Below, in pieces: positions 52,948 through 62,030 of a stretch of DNA of 64,000 bases (the stretch's first letter is position 1; each line of letters opens with the position of its first letter). Position numbers and translations under genes: made by a program. Source of the DNA: an uncultured bacterium. GTDB lineage: Bacteria > Armatimonadota > Hebobacteria > CAIYQO01. Location: positions 6,653-70,652 of the forward strand of contig CAZWZF010000020.1 in assembly GCA_964638715.1 (NCBI GenBank), written 5' to 3'. Under the pieces are notes generated by a model, which saw only the letters and a list, made by a program, of their open reading frames with translations, did no database searches and was not told the origin of the DNA.

Positions 52948-53514
52948 ATGAATAAAAATATTGTTATTACTATCCTTGTCATTGTTTGCATCGCTTTATT
53001 CCTGGGGACAAACTTTAAATCTTCTTCTTCAGGTTCCAGTCCGGCGGGATCAGGTAATAATGCTCTACATTGGCGGGTATATTTCTCGCCGGATGGTGGT
53101 TGTACCGACGCTATTGTCAGCGAAATTAATGCGGCATCCTCGGTCATCAGGGTTCAGGCATATTCATTCACATCAACACCTATTGCGAAAGCATTGGTTG
53201 ACGCAAAAAATCGTGGTGTTGATGTGCAAGTAATATTGGACAAAAGCCAGCGAACCGCCAACTACTCATCGGCAGATTTCGTCGCCCATGCCGGAATGCC
53301 AACATATATCGACGCAGAACACGCCATCGCCCATAACAAGATCATTATCATCGACAACCAGACAGTAATCACCGGCAGTTTCAACTTCACAAAAGCGGCA
53401 GAAAGCAAAAACGCGGAAAACTTGCTGATACTGAAAGATGCCGAATTAGCGAAAAGTTACCTGGCAAACTGGCAAAAACATCTGGAACATTCAGAGAAGT
53501 ATGAGGGTAGGTAA
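52948..53514 (+). CDS. Phospholipase D-family nuclease (Nuc-like endonuclease)
   Basis: 188 aa with an N-terminal TM/signal and the single HKD motif HNKIIIIDNQTVITGSFNFT (HxKxxxxD...GSxN). Confidence 0.8.
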   Translation: MNKNIVITILVIVCIALFLGTNFKSSSSGSSPAGSGNNALHWRVYFSPDGGCTDAIVSEINAASSVIRVQAYSFTSTPIAKALVDAKNRGVDVQVILDKSQRTANYSSADFVAHAGMPTYIDAEHAIAHNKIIIIDNQTVITGSFNFTKAAESKNAENLLILKDAELAKSYLANWQKHLEHSEKYEGR

Positions 53515-53531
53515 AGAGTAAATTGCAAGCC

Positions 53532-55460
53532 TCACCGCAATTGCGCGTGAAAAAACAGGTCCGGGATTAATTCGTCTTTTGCGAGGGTGAATATTTTGCC
53601 GAATATTTTTGCGGTATCGTCTGCGTTATCCTCAATGTCCCAATTAAAATCATCTGTATATAACTCAATCTGTCGTCCTGATGGCTGCAGGAATATTGTT
53701 CCTGAGCTTATATTCACGCGGTAATCTGCTAATTTTCCAAATATCAGCACAATCGGAGAGTCGTGACTGCAGATAATATTGACATATCCTTCCGCGCGTA
53801 CTAATTCCCGCAATAATGCCGTCCGCATCCTTACTGTTTCTGCCGATGATAATAATCCTTCGCCGATGGCAGCCCTGGCCGCCAGCAGGTCGGCAGTGCG
53901 CAAAGCCTCGCTGATATACGCGGGATTAACATCGTCTAAACTTAGCTTTTCGCCATCTTTCTCAAACCATACATCTCCCAGAGTTACCACCCCGCTGGTC
54001 TTACTGGAATAAATCTCTTTATTATTTTTCCCGACAGCCCAATTTATGCAGGCGGTCACACCATGCGCTATTACCTGGCGGGCAATGCCTTCTCCCGGCT
54101 GATATCCGGCGGTTCGCAGCAACGCGTATGCAATATCGACGGTAATTTCTCTGCCTTTTAAATTATTGCAAAGGTATTTGTCTTCACCAGGGAAATATAC
54201 TTCGCGGAATATCTGACGGAATGGCTGGGTAAACCTGTTGTCAACTGCCCATGATTGCCAGGCGGTGATTGTTTTTGCGTTATGCAATTCTATCGGATGT
54301 ACCGGGTAAACAGTAAATGGCGCATCAAAACCGGTCAGCCAGACATTCTCGCCATCCAGCATTTTCCAATGGCCTTCACCTGCCGATGTAAACTCGCGGC
54401 CATCTCCAGCTTTCCACACGATTCTTTCTGCGAGATGTGCGAAAATTGGCGATCTCATCATTTCGCTGAACACACCGATATTGTATACAAATCCAGTATT
54501 CATATCGTTTTCCAGCAATTCACGCACCATTTTCAATTCATCGTCAATTATCTTTTTTGCCTGAATCGCGTTCGCATATCCGGCTGCTTTTCGTGCGGGG
54601 GCAGGAATCTTTTCAAATGCACCTGCTTCGCTAATCGCTTCTATTCTTCCCCTGCCGGCGCGCAGCGAAAGGCGAAAACACCATCCATCACCGTGCCAGC
54701 TTACTTTTACCCGTTCACCTTCTAATATTTGATCTCTCCGGGCAATATCCATCATTGTCTGGCGTTGCAGTTCCTCTATACTGGAAATCCCTTTTCGTTT
54801 TGCTATTTTATCCAATGCCATAGCCGCATTTTCAGAACAACTTTTATTGCCTTTTTGCCGGATATTGAATAATTCTATAATATTTTCCGGCAACACTACA
54901 GATGACAAACCGGCGGACATAATAGCTGTATGATATGTATCAAAATCGAATAACCCTTTGGTCATTAAATCAGCGAAGTATATAAATTGAAAATTCTGAC
55001 GAATAACGTGATAATTAGGCATGAAAGATGCGATATATTGTAAATCACCATCATGGCAATATTCCCTGACATTACTATATGCTGCTGAAAATCCTTCGAT
55101 ATTCTCTGATAATGCTATGTCCCATTCAACGGTATAGTTATAAGGGAAATCGTATCTCTTTTTCGACGAATCGGCTGTAGACCATTCCATAAATTTTCGC
55201 TGATGCGGGTTTGCAGCAAGCCTATCTATCAAAAAAGGGTGTATCCAAAATAATATCCACCTCAAAGCTATTGGAATTTCAGCGGGAATATTAATTTTAT
55301 CCTTATAACTGTGGTGCATTTTATGAATTGTTTGCAGCAGTTTAATATCTTTATCACCAGACACCAACCGCAACAAAGCCGCGTTTACCCGCGAGATATT
55401 AGTTTCTGCATCCCTCTTGTTATCTTTTTTATTATATTCAGGGAGAAAATTATCAAACAT
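53532..55460 (-). CDS. Hypothetical protein (642 aa)
   Basis: Long ORF with no motif I can assign confidently. It resembles the large DUF4132-type proteins found in variable regions, but this is unverified. Confidence 0.45.
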   Translation of the reverse strand: MFDNFLPEYNKKDNKRDAETNISRVNAALLRLVSGDKDIKLLQTIHKMHHSYKDKINIPAEIPIALRWILFWIHPFLIDRLAANPHQRKFMEWSTADSSKKRYDFPYNYTVEWDIALSENIEGFSAAYSNVREYCHDGDLQYIASFMPNYHVIRQNFQFIYFADLMTKGLFDFDTYHTAIMSAGLSSVVLPENIIELFNIRQKGNKSCSENAAMALDKIAKRKGISSIEELQRQTMMDIARRDQILEGERVKVSWHGDGWCFRLSLRAGRGRIEAISEAGAFEKIPAPARKAAGYANAIQAKKIIDDELKMVRELLENDMNTGFVYNIGVFSEMMRSPIFAHLAERIVWKAGDGREFTSAGEGHWKMLDGENVWLTGFDAPFTVYPVHPIELHNAKTITAWQSWAVDNRFTQPFRQIFREVYFPGEDKYLCNNLKGREITVDIAYALLRTAGYQPGEGIARQVIAHGVTACINWAVGKNNKEIYSSKTSGVVTLGDVWFEKDGEKLSLDDVNPAYISEALRTADLLAARAAIGEGLLSSAETVRMRTALLRELVRAEGYVNIICSHDSPIVLIFGKLADYRVNISSGTIFLQPSGRQIELYTDDFNWDIEDNADDTAKIFGKIFTLAKDELIPDLFFHAQLR

Positions 55461-55625
55461 TTTTTAAAAAAATATAAAATATTTTATATTTCCTCTTTGT
55501 GCTTTTCGTAAACAGGTTTATACTAATCATTAAGCGATAGCTTCTTAACCCCGGGGTTGGACAGACGCACATTCTGCGCCCGTTCCTAAAAACCTCAAAT
55601 GTCCAGCTTTGGGGTAGAAATAGAA

Positions 55626-55660
55626 CTTCACCCGCATTTTCTTGCGGGTGAAGTTTTTTT
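55626..55660. terminator. Hairpin with a T-run at the 3-prime end of the pseudopilin gene (bidirectional-looking)
   Basis: cttcacccgcattttcttgcgggtgaag then ttttttt on the plus strand. On the minus strand the hairpin is followed by a moderately U-rich ttctatttct. Confidence 0.45.
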
Positions 55661-56291
55661 ATCTTGGTGCCTTGCTGAGCATCCAAAATTCATCATCAAG
55701 GACATCCGGCTTTATATTTGGCTTTATATCAGGTTTGGAAAAATCCACCGTTCCATCTTTGCGCAGTATGACATATTTGCCTGCCATATCGGTATGATTG
55801 ACACAAATAGTAACAATGGTGCCGTTCGGGCAATTAGGGTTCGCTAAACCGGGGAAATCTGAATCCGGGTAATCATTCGGATGCCAATAATGCTGAGCGT
55901 TATTGTTAAGCGCGCTATATACCGCTTTGGCACTGGCTAAATCTTTCAATGGAGTTGGTGTTGTCGCCTTGGCATATCCCCAATAATTATACATTGCCGA
56001 ATATGAATCAGTACCATCAGCATCCTTCGGACATGTTCTTCTTCCTGTCAACTTCTTTTCATTTATCAATACAGATTGAAGTCCAACCTGCGAAGTAATA
56101 TCCGGGAATATTGCTTTATCCTGACGGTAAGCAATCAATGCTGCTCCAATTTCCCGCATATTATTAACACAGGTAGCCTTATACCCGCTTTTGCGGGCGT
56201 TAGTAACCACAGGAATTAAAATCGCTGCCAAAACAGCTATAATGCCTATAACCACTAATAATTCCATCAATGTAAAACCACGTTTATGCAT
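55659..56291 (-). CDS. Prepilin-type N-terminal cleavage/methylation domain protein (pseudopilin, PVC-type)
   Basis: MHKRGFTLMELLVVIGIIAVLAAILIPV is the class III signal with conserved E+5 and the Planctomycete/Verrucomicrobia-type N-terminus. Confidence 0.8.
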   Translation of the reverse strand: MHKRGFTLMELLVVIGIIAVLAAILIPVVTNARKSGYKATCVNNMREIGAALIAYRQDKAIFPDITSQVGLQSVLINEKKLTGRRTCPKDADGTDSYSAMYNYWGYAKATTPTPLKDLASAKAVYSALNNNAQHYWHPNDYPDSDFPGLANPNCPNGTIVTICVNHTDMAGKYVILRKDGTVDFSKPDIKPNIKPDVLDDEFWMLSKAPR

Positions 56292-56384
56292 ACTTACCCC
56301 TTACGAATTACGAATTACTCTAATAATGATTAACTATCCATTGTCAACTTTTTTTCTCTCTTCTCTCTTCACCCTTCTCTCTTC

Positions 56385-57389
56385 CTACCCCCCCATCTGG
56401 TTAGTCCACCACTGCCAGAATGTCGCGACGGTTCTTACTGCCCATTCGGGGGCATACGCTACAGCAACAGCAGCAGCGGTAAGGAATGGGCCGAATGGCA
56501 TGTAATATCCTTCGGGTTCTTCTTCCGGTACTTCGGGAACGGGTTTGCCTTTTTTCTTTTTCTTTTTATCTTGTTTGCTGACTGCATTTGCCGCAGCAGC
56601 TTTCTCTTCACTCGCGGGTGATTTTGATTTTTTTAATGATCCACCAAGAATCATAACTATACCAACTATCGCGCCAAGGGTGATGGCTATGCCAAACACC
56701 AGCATTGCCTTGCCGGGTCCCAGCAATGCGCCTATTGCCGCACCAATGAAGGAATCGCCTAATCCCATACTATCCTTATGAAAAATTGCGCGGCCAAGCC
56801 AATCGACACCAATGAAAAAAAGAAAACCGATTATCATACCAGGTACTGCTGCCGGTAAAAATTGGATTCCCTGCCAGGCTATCGTTTCGCCGGTGAGGGT
56901 TTTAGATGATAACTCGGTAATAATGCCCGCCACCATGGCAACCCAGCAAACGCCATCAATAACGTAAGTAGTTTCCCAGTCGATAACGAATGTTACCAGC
57001 ATCATGGAAACCCACACCACAGTGCCAACTAACAAAATCAACCCGGCAGGAGTCCAAATGCCTTCGATGGTGAAACGGGTGCAGGCGGAATGCCAAAAAG
57101 CGAGAAATAACAGCGCGGTAATTAACTCAACGAAAAAATAACGCGGTGTAATGCGTACCCCGCAATACCGGCATTTGCCGCGAAGAAATAAGTAACTGAG
57201 CAGCGGAAATAAATCAAGAAACCCCAGTCGATGATTGCAGGCGGGGCAATGAGACGGCGGCGATGATAACGATTTATTAAGTGGTAAACGATATATGCAA
57301 ACATTTAAGAAAGAACCAATAGAAGCGCCAAATAAAAAAGAAAAAATAGCACCCAATAAATATTTTACTTGTTCAATTTCCACAACCAC
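56385..57389 (-). CDS. Prepilin peptidase (A24 family, PilD-like) with a Lys-rich C-terminal extension
   Basis: N-terminal Cys tetrad (CPACNHRL...CRYCGVRI) and polytopic peptidase A24 TM domains. The C-terminal KKKKKKGKPVPEVPEEEPEGYY tail is unusual. Confidence 0.8.
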   Translation of the reverse strand: MVVEIEQVKYLLGAIFSFLFGASIGSFLNVCIYRLPLNKSLSSPPSHCPACNHRLGFLDLFPLLSYLFLRGKCRYCGVRITPRYFFVELITALLFLAFWHSACTRFTIEGIWTPAGLILLVGTVVWVSMMLVTFVIDWETTYVIDGVCWVAMVAGIITELSSKTLTGETIAWQGIQFLPAAVPGMIIGFLFFIGVDWLGRAIFHKDSMGLGDSFIGAAIGALLGPGKAMLVFGIAITLGAIVGIVMILGGSLKKSKSPASEEKAAAANAVSKQDKKKKKKGKPVPEVPEEEPEGYYMPFGPFLTAAAVAVAYAPEWAVRTVATFWQWWTNQMGG

Positions 57390-57444
57390 ACCCTTTCAAA
57401 AAAAAAGCGGAGGGAGCATATAATCCTCCCTCCGCATAATAAAT

Positions 57445-58716
57445 TTATTTAGACAAACCGTCAATTAACTTAACCAATGGCATAAACATGGCGACAACGA
57501 TAAAGCCTACCACGCCACCGAGGAAGATAATCAGCAAAGGTTCAATAGCGGATGTCAATGATTCCATCGCCGCTTCAACTTCACTTTCATAGAAGTCTGC
57601 AACCTTTTCAAGCATGCTGTCGAGAGTACCGGTTTCCTCACCGATGGCAATCATTTGAATAATCATCGGCGGGAATAGTTTTGAGCGTTCCAGCGGGTCA
57701 CCCACTCGTTCACCTTCACGCACCGCGGTACGGGCATCAAGTACGGCGCCGGATATAACCTCGTTATCCAACGCCCCCGCCACCGTTTCCAATGCCTGCA
57801 AAATCGGCACACCTGATGCAAGCAAAGTACCCATAGTACGTGCGAAACGAGCGATAGCAACCTTATGAATAAGCACACCAAAAACAGGCGCCTTCAACAT
57901 CATCTTATCTAAAATACGCTTACCGGATTTAGTCGCTTTAATCCTATTGATGGCAAAGACAAGACCTACCACCGTACCTACAGTAATACCGATATTGGTC
58001 GGGTTGCTCATTGCGTTGCTGATATTCATCAGGAACAGCGTCGGGCCAGGCAATGTCATACCGAAATCTTTAAACAATTCCATAAACTTCGGTACGATAA
58101 AGGTTACCAATCCCCATACAATCAACAATGCCGCTGACATAACAACCGTTGGGTATGTCATAGCGGATTTGAACTTTTGTACCAGCTTCATATCTTCTTC
58201 AAGGAAGGTAGATAACCGTTCCATCGTTTCGTCCAATACACCACCGACTTCACCGGCGCGTACCAGACCGACAAACAGGTTGTTGAATATATGCGGATAG
58301 CGCTGCATGGCACGGGTGAGAGTTTCACCCTGTTCTACCGAGTTTGAAAGTTCGCGAATTACATTTTTCAAGGAAGGTGCGGTCGCCTGCTGTTCCAACA
58401 CTGCAAGGCAGCGTACCAGCGACACACCGGCATTAATCATGGTTGCAAACTGGCGGCAAAACATCGTCAAGTCGCGTTGTTTAACTCTACCAATGCGCAC
58501 TTTCTTTTTGCCTTTTTTCGTCACTGCAGCCGTGGCATTAGCACCGCCTTTTGCGCCAGCTTTAGCACCGGCACCACCTTTTACCTGGCTAATTTGCTGC
58601 ACCCACAATCCACGTTCGCGCAGTTGTTTTCGCAGTGAAACATCATTGTCAGCATCGGCAGTACCTTGCTGGGTTTGTCCAGCCTGGTCACGGGCGACAT
58701 ACGAAAAAGTTGCCAT
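57445..58716 (-). CDS. Type II secretion system F / type IV pilus assembly PilC family inner-membrane platform protein
   Basis: Two GspF repeats each followed by TM segments. An N-terminal Gly/Ala/Lys-rich insert is present. Confidence 0.85.
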   Translation of the reverse strand: MATFSYVARDQAGQTQQGTADADNDVSLRKQLRERGLWVQQISQVKGGAGAKAGAKGGANATAAVTKKGKKKVRIGRVKQRDLTMFCRQFATMINAGVSLVRCLAVLEQQATAPSLKNVIRELSNSVEQGETLTRAMQRYPHIFNNLFVGLVRAGEVGGVLDETMERLSTFLEEDMKLVQKFKSAMTYPTVVMSAALLIVWGLVTFIVPKFMELFKDFGMTLPGPTLFLMNISNAMSNPTNIGITVGTVVGLVFAINRIKATKSGKRILDKMMLKAPVFGVLIHKVAIARFARTMGTLLASGVPILQALETVAGALDNEVISGAVLDARTAVREGERVGDPLERSKLFPPMIIQMIAIGEETGTLDSMLEKVADFYESEVEAAMESLTSAIEPLLIIFLGGVVGFIVVAMFMPLVKLIDGLSK

Positions 58717-58731
58717 GTTCAGCCTCCTTTA

Positions 58732-59889
58732 TTATTCCTCATCAGCGTCGGGCAGAGTACCGTCCGACATCATCATTTTCTTTAATTCCTCAACATTCAT
58801 CGCTCGATCCATTGCCAGCCTATATGTTATCTGTCCGGAAGCATACAGGTCACGAAGGCACTGGTCCATTGTTTTCATGCCAAGGTGTGCCGAGGTTTGA
58901 ATAATTGAGTTAATCTGGTGCGCTTTTGCCTCTCGAATAAGGTTGCGGATAGCCGGCGAGCAAATCATGATTTCCTGTGCGCAGGCACGACCACCGCCTA
59001 TCTTTGGCAATAATTGCTGGGTTACCACCGCCTGCAGGTTATTGGATAACATAACGCGAATCTGCGACTGCTGAGCTACTGGGAAAACGTCAACAACGCG
59101 GTCTACGGTTTGAGACGCGGAGTTGGTATGAACTGTTCCAAACACAAGGTGACCTGTTTCCGCCGCATGTACTGCTAATTCCATCGTTTCCAGGTCACGC
59201 ATCTCACCTACCAACAGGATATCAGGGTCTTCACGAAGGGCAGCGCGTAAAGCGTTTTTAAAAGCTTTGGTATCTGTACCAACCTCACGCTGATTAATTA
59301 CACAAGATCGATGATAATGCATATACTCGATGGGGTCTTCAATGGTAATTATATGTTTCCGCTGATTAATGTTGATGTCATTCAGCATCGCCGCAAGAGT
59401 TGTAGATTTACCAGAACCGGTCGGGCCGGTTACCAAAACTAAACCGCGGTGTTTATGGCATAACTCTCGCACAGCAGGTGGCTGATTTAACTGCTCAAGA
59501 GTTGGAATTTTAAGAGGAATCGTTCGGAAAGCTGCTGCTAATGAACCACGATCGCGGAAATAATTAGCGCGAAAGCGCGACGCCTTGCCTAACTGGTAAG
59601 AAAAGTCCAGCTCAAGAGAGTTTTCAAAGCGCTGTATCTGTTCGTCTGTTAAAATATCATAAAGCAGACGTTGTGCTACCTGTGGCGTAAACTTCGTATA
59701 ATTGCCCGGCAGCAAATCGCCGTCGCAACGATACACCGGAGGAATATCAACGGCGATATGCAAGTCGGAACCTTTCGCCTCGATAAGTAATTCTAATAAC
59801 TCATCAAGATGAACTTCCGACAGGTCGCGTTCATCCGCCGAATTAGCCCTTAAAGTTAGTACTTTTCTCTCTGCTGTTGCTTCTGCCAT
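58732..59889 (-). CDS. pilT: Type IV pilus twitching-motility ATPase PilT
   Basis: Walker A GPTGSGKSTT, Asp box, Walker B ILVGEMRD and the His box, at PilT size (385 aa), with a PilT-specific C-terminal AIRNLIRE. Confidence 0.85.
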   Translation of the reverse strand: MAEATAERKVLTLRANSADERDLSEVHLDELLELLIEAKGSDLHIAVDIPPVYRCDGDLLPGNYTKFTPQVAQRLLYDILTDEQIQRFENSLELDFSYQLGKASRFRANYFRDRGSLAAAFRTIPLKIPTLEQLNQPPAVRELCHKHRGLVLVTGPTGSGKSTTLAAMLNDININQRKHIITIEDPIEYMHYHRSCVINQREVGTDTKAFKNALRAALREDPDILLVGEMRDLETMELAVHAAETGHLVFGTVHTNSASQTVDRVVDVFPVAQQSQIRVMLSNNLQAVVTQQLLPKIGGGRACAQEIMICSPAIRNLIREAKAHQINSIIQTSAHLGMKTMDQCLRDLYASGQITYRLAMDRAMNVEELKKMMMSDGTLPDADEE

Positions 59890-59922
59890 ATATATAATAT
59901 CTCCGTTATTTTGCTATTTAAA

Positions 59923-61722
59923 CTAATGGCTGGAAACTACGCGCAAGACTTCGTCAATTGTAGTAACACCAGTTTTAACTTTTTGCAGTCCGTCTTTAAC
60001 CAATGTAGTCATGCCATTAGCGATTGCAGCCTGGGTAATTTCTGACAAAGGTGCGCGGCGCACGATAAGGTCTTGTAATTCCTCTGTCATAATTAATAAT
60101 TCGTATAAACCAACGCGGCCTTTATATCCACGGTTATTGCATTTATCGCAGCCTACCGGTTTAAAGAAGGTAGCACTTTCTATTTCATCTTCTTTTAAAC
60201 CTAAGCGCAGTAATGCTTCCAATGGCGGTTCGATAGGTGCCTTACATTCAGAGCACAATTTTCGACCCAGGCGCTGGGCGATAATACCGATGGTGGATGC
60301 CGCGATTAAGAACGGTTCTACACCCATGTCGGACAAACGGGTGATGGTTGCCGGTGCGTTATTAGTATGCAAGGTAGACAAAACAAGGTGACCGGTTAAT
60401 GATGCCTGAACGGCGATTTCAGCGGTTTCAAGGTCACGAATCTCACCGACCATGATGATGTCCGGGTCTTGACGCAAGAAAGCGCGCATCGCGATAGGGA
60501 AGGTCAAACCTGACTTTCTGTTAACAGATACCTGATTGATACCGGGAAGCTGATACTCGACCGGGTCTTCAACTGTGATGATATTTTTTTCAATCGAGTT
60601 AATCTGGTTTAAAATTGAATACAGGGTAGTGGTTTTACCAGAACCTGTAGGGCCGGTTACCAGCAGCATACCGTTTGGCTGAACGATTAATTCTTCAAGG
60701 TCGGCCATCATGCCCGGCATAAAACCGAGTTTGCCCAAACCGATTAACACTGATGACTGGTCCAATAGACGCATAACGCATTTTTCACCATGTACCAGCG
60801 GCAGTGTATTAACGCGCATATCAAATTCGCGTCCATCATGTTTAATGTGAATACGGCCATCCTGCGGTACGCGACGCTCAGCGATATTCATATCACTCAT
60901 GATTTTTAAGCGGGAAATTAATGGAGGATGAACATATTTCTGCAGGGTCATGGCTTCGTATAAAACACCGTCAACACGGTAGCGGACACGAACATTCTTT
61001 CTGTCCGGTTCGATGTGAATGTCAGATGCTCCCTGCTTGATAGCCTCACCCAGAATAACATTCACCAATTTAATAACCGGCGCCTGGTCAGCAAGATCCA
61101 TCCCGCTGTCGTCTACCCTGGATTGAATTTCTTCATGAGTAGGTTTTCTGATACCATCCAACATGCTGTCCAGGTCTGGTATTGAGTCCATACTTGGTGC
61201 GGATGAAGAATCACTGGCTGGTGCCGCCGGTGCTGGCGCACCGCCACTGGAAGCAGGAGGAGCAACTGCGGTTTCTACCCCGCCTTTACCGCCACGGTGA
61301 ATGGCAGAAATATCATCCAGTGTTGCAAGAACCGGAATGATGTCATAACCAGTAACCATGCGCAAATCATCTAAAGCGAATACGTTAGTGGGATCATTCA
61401 TTGCCACCATCAGTTTATTGCCATCCCGGCGCAATGGCGCAATATTATATCTGGTAACTAAATTATCTGGAAAACTTTTTGCCACTTGCGGGTCAATTGC
61501 TATCTTTGCCGGATCATAAACCTGGCAATTCAATTGACGCGCATAAGCACCCAATACATCACGTTCCTGTACAAATCCAAGGTCAACGAGCAACCGCCCC
61601 AACTTTTCAGTTGTGGTCTTTTGCATTGCAAGAGCCTGTTTTAATTGATCAGGCGTAATCTTATTGTCATCTAATAAAATTTTCCCAATAGGGATTTTAG
61701 GTCCGCGTTGTGTAACCGTCAT
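59923..61722 (-). CDS. GspE/PilB-family secretion ATPase (T2SS E / type IV pilus assembly ATPase)
   Basis: 599 aa with an N-terminal T2SSE_N domain, Walker [11 protein letters not shown], Walker B IMVGEIRD and the tetracysteine motif CSECKAP...CDKC. Confidence 0.9.
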   Translation of the reverse strand: MTVTQRGPKIPIGKILLDDNKITPDQLKQALAMQKTTTEKLGRLLVDLGFVQERDVLGAYARQLNCQVYDPAKIAIDPQVAKSFPDNLVTRYNIAPLRRDGNKLMVAMNDPTNVFALDDLRMVTGYDIIPVLATLDDISAIHRGGKGGVETAVAPPASSGGAPAPAAPASDSSSAPSMDSIPDLDSMLDGIRKPTHEEIQSRVDDSGMDLADQAPVIKLVNVILGEAIKQGASDIHIEPDRKNVRVRYRVDGVLYEAMTLQKYVHPPLISRLKIMSDMNIAERRVPQDGRIHIKHDGREFDMRVNTLPLVHGEKCVMRLLDQSSVLIGLGKLGFMPGMMADLEELIVQPNGMLLVTGPTGSGKTTTLYSILNQINSIEKNIITVEDPVEYQLPGINQVSVNRKSGLTFPIAMRAFLRQDPDIIMVGEIRDLETAEIAVQASLTGHLVLSTLHTNNAPATITRLSDMGVEPFLIAASTIGIIAQRLGRKLCSECKAPIEPPLEALLRLGLKEDEIESATFFKPVGCDKCNNRGYKGRVGLYELLIMTEELQDLIVRRAPLSEITQAAIANGMTTLVKDGLQKVKTGVTTIDEVLRVVSSH

Positions 61723-61971
61723 CCGTTCCTCTCACAGTAAGTTCACTACATGATTATACCATATTTTAGCCTTTGTCATGCTCTACAAATGCAAAAGTAA
61801 GATATTTCTCATAATTTCAACTGTCCATTTCAATCCCAATTTTGCGAATTCCGCGTTTTGCATCTGCGGTGAAATTGAATGCGCAACAGGATAACCCATT
61901 ACCCCGGTAACGATTTATTAGCCGGTAACCTGACACAACAATTCATCCATGCATATATTTTAATGATTTTT

Positions 61972-62006
61972 GCAAAAAAAAACAGCCCCCCGTTTCCGGG
62001 AGGCTG
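61972..62006 (-). terminator. Rho-independent terminator after the SLH/collagen-like outer-membrane protein gene
   Basis: On the minus strand: cagcctcccggaaacggggggctg followed by ttttttttt. Confidence 0.75.
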
Positions 62007-62030
62007 ATTTTATACCATTTAAGGTTTGGA

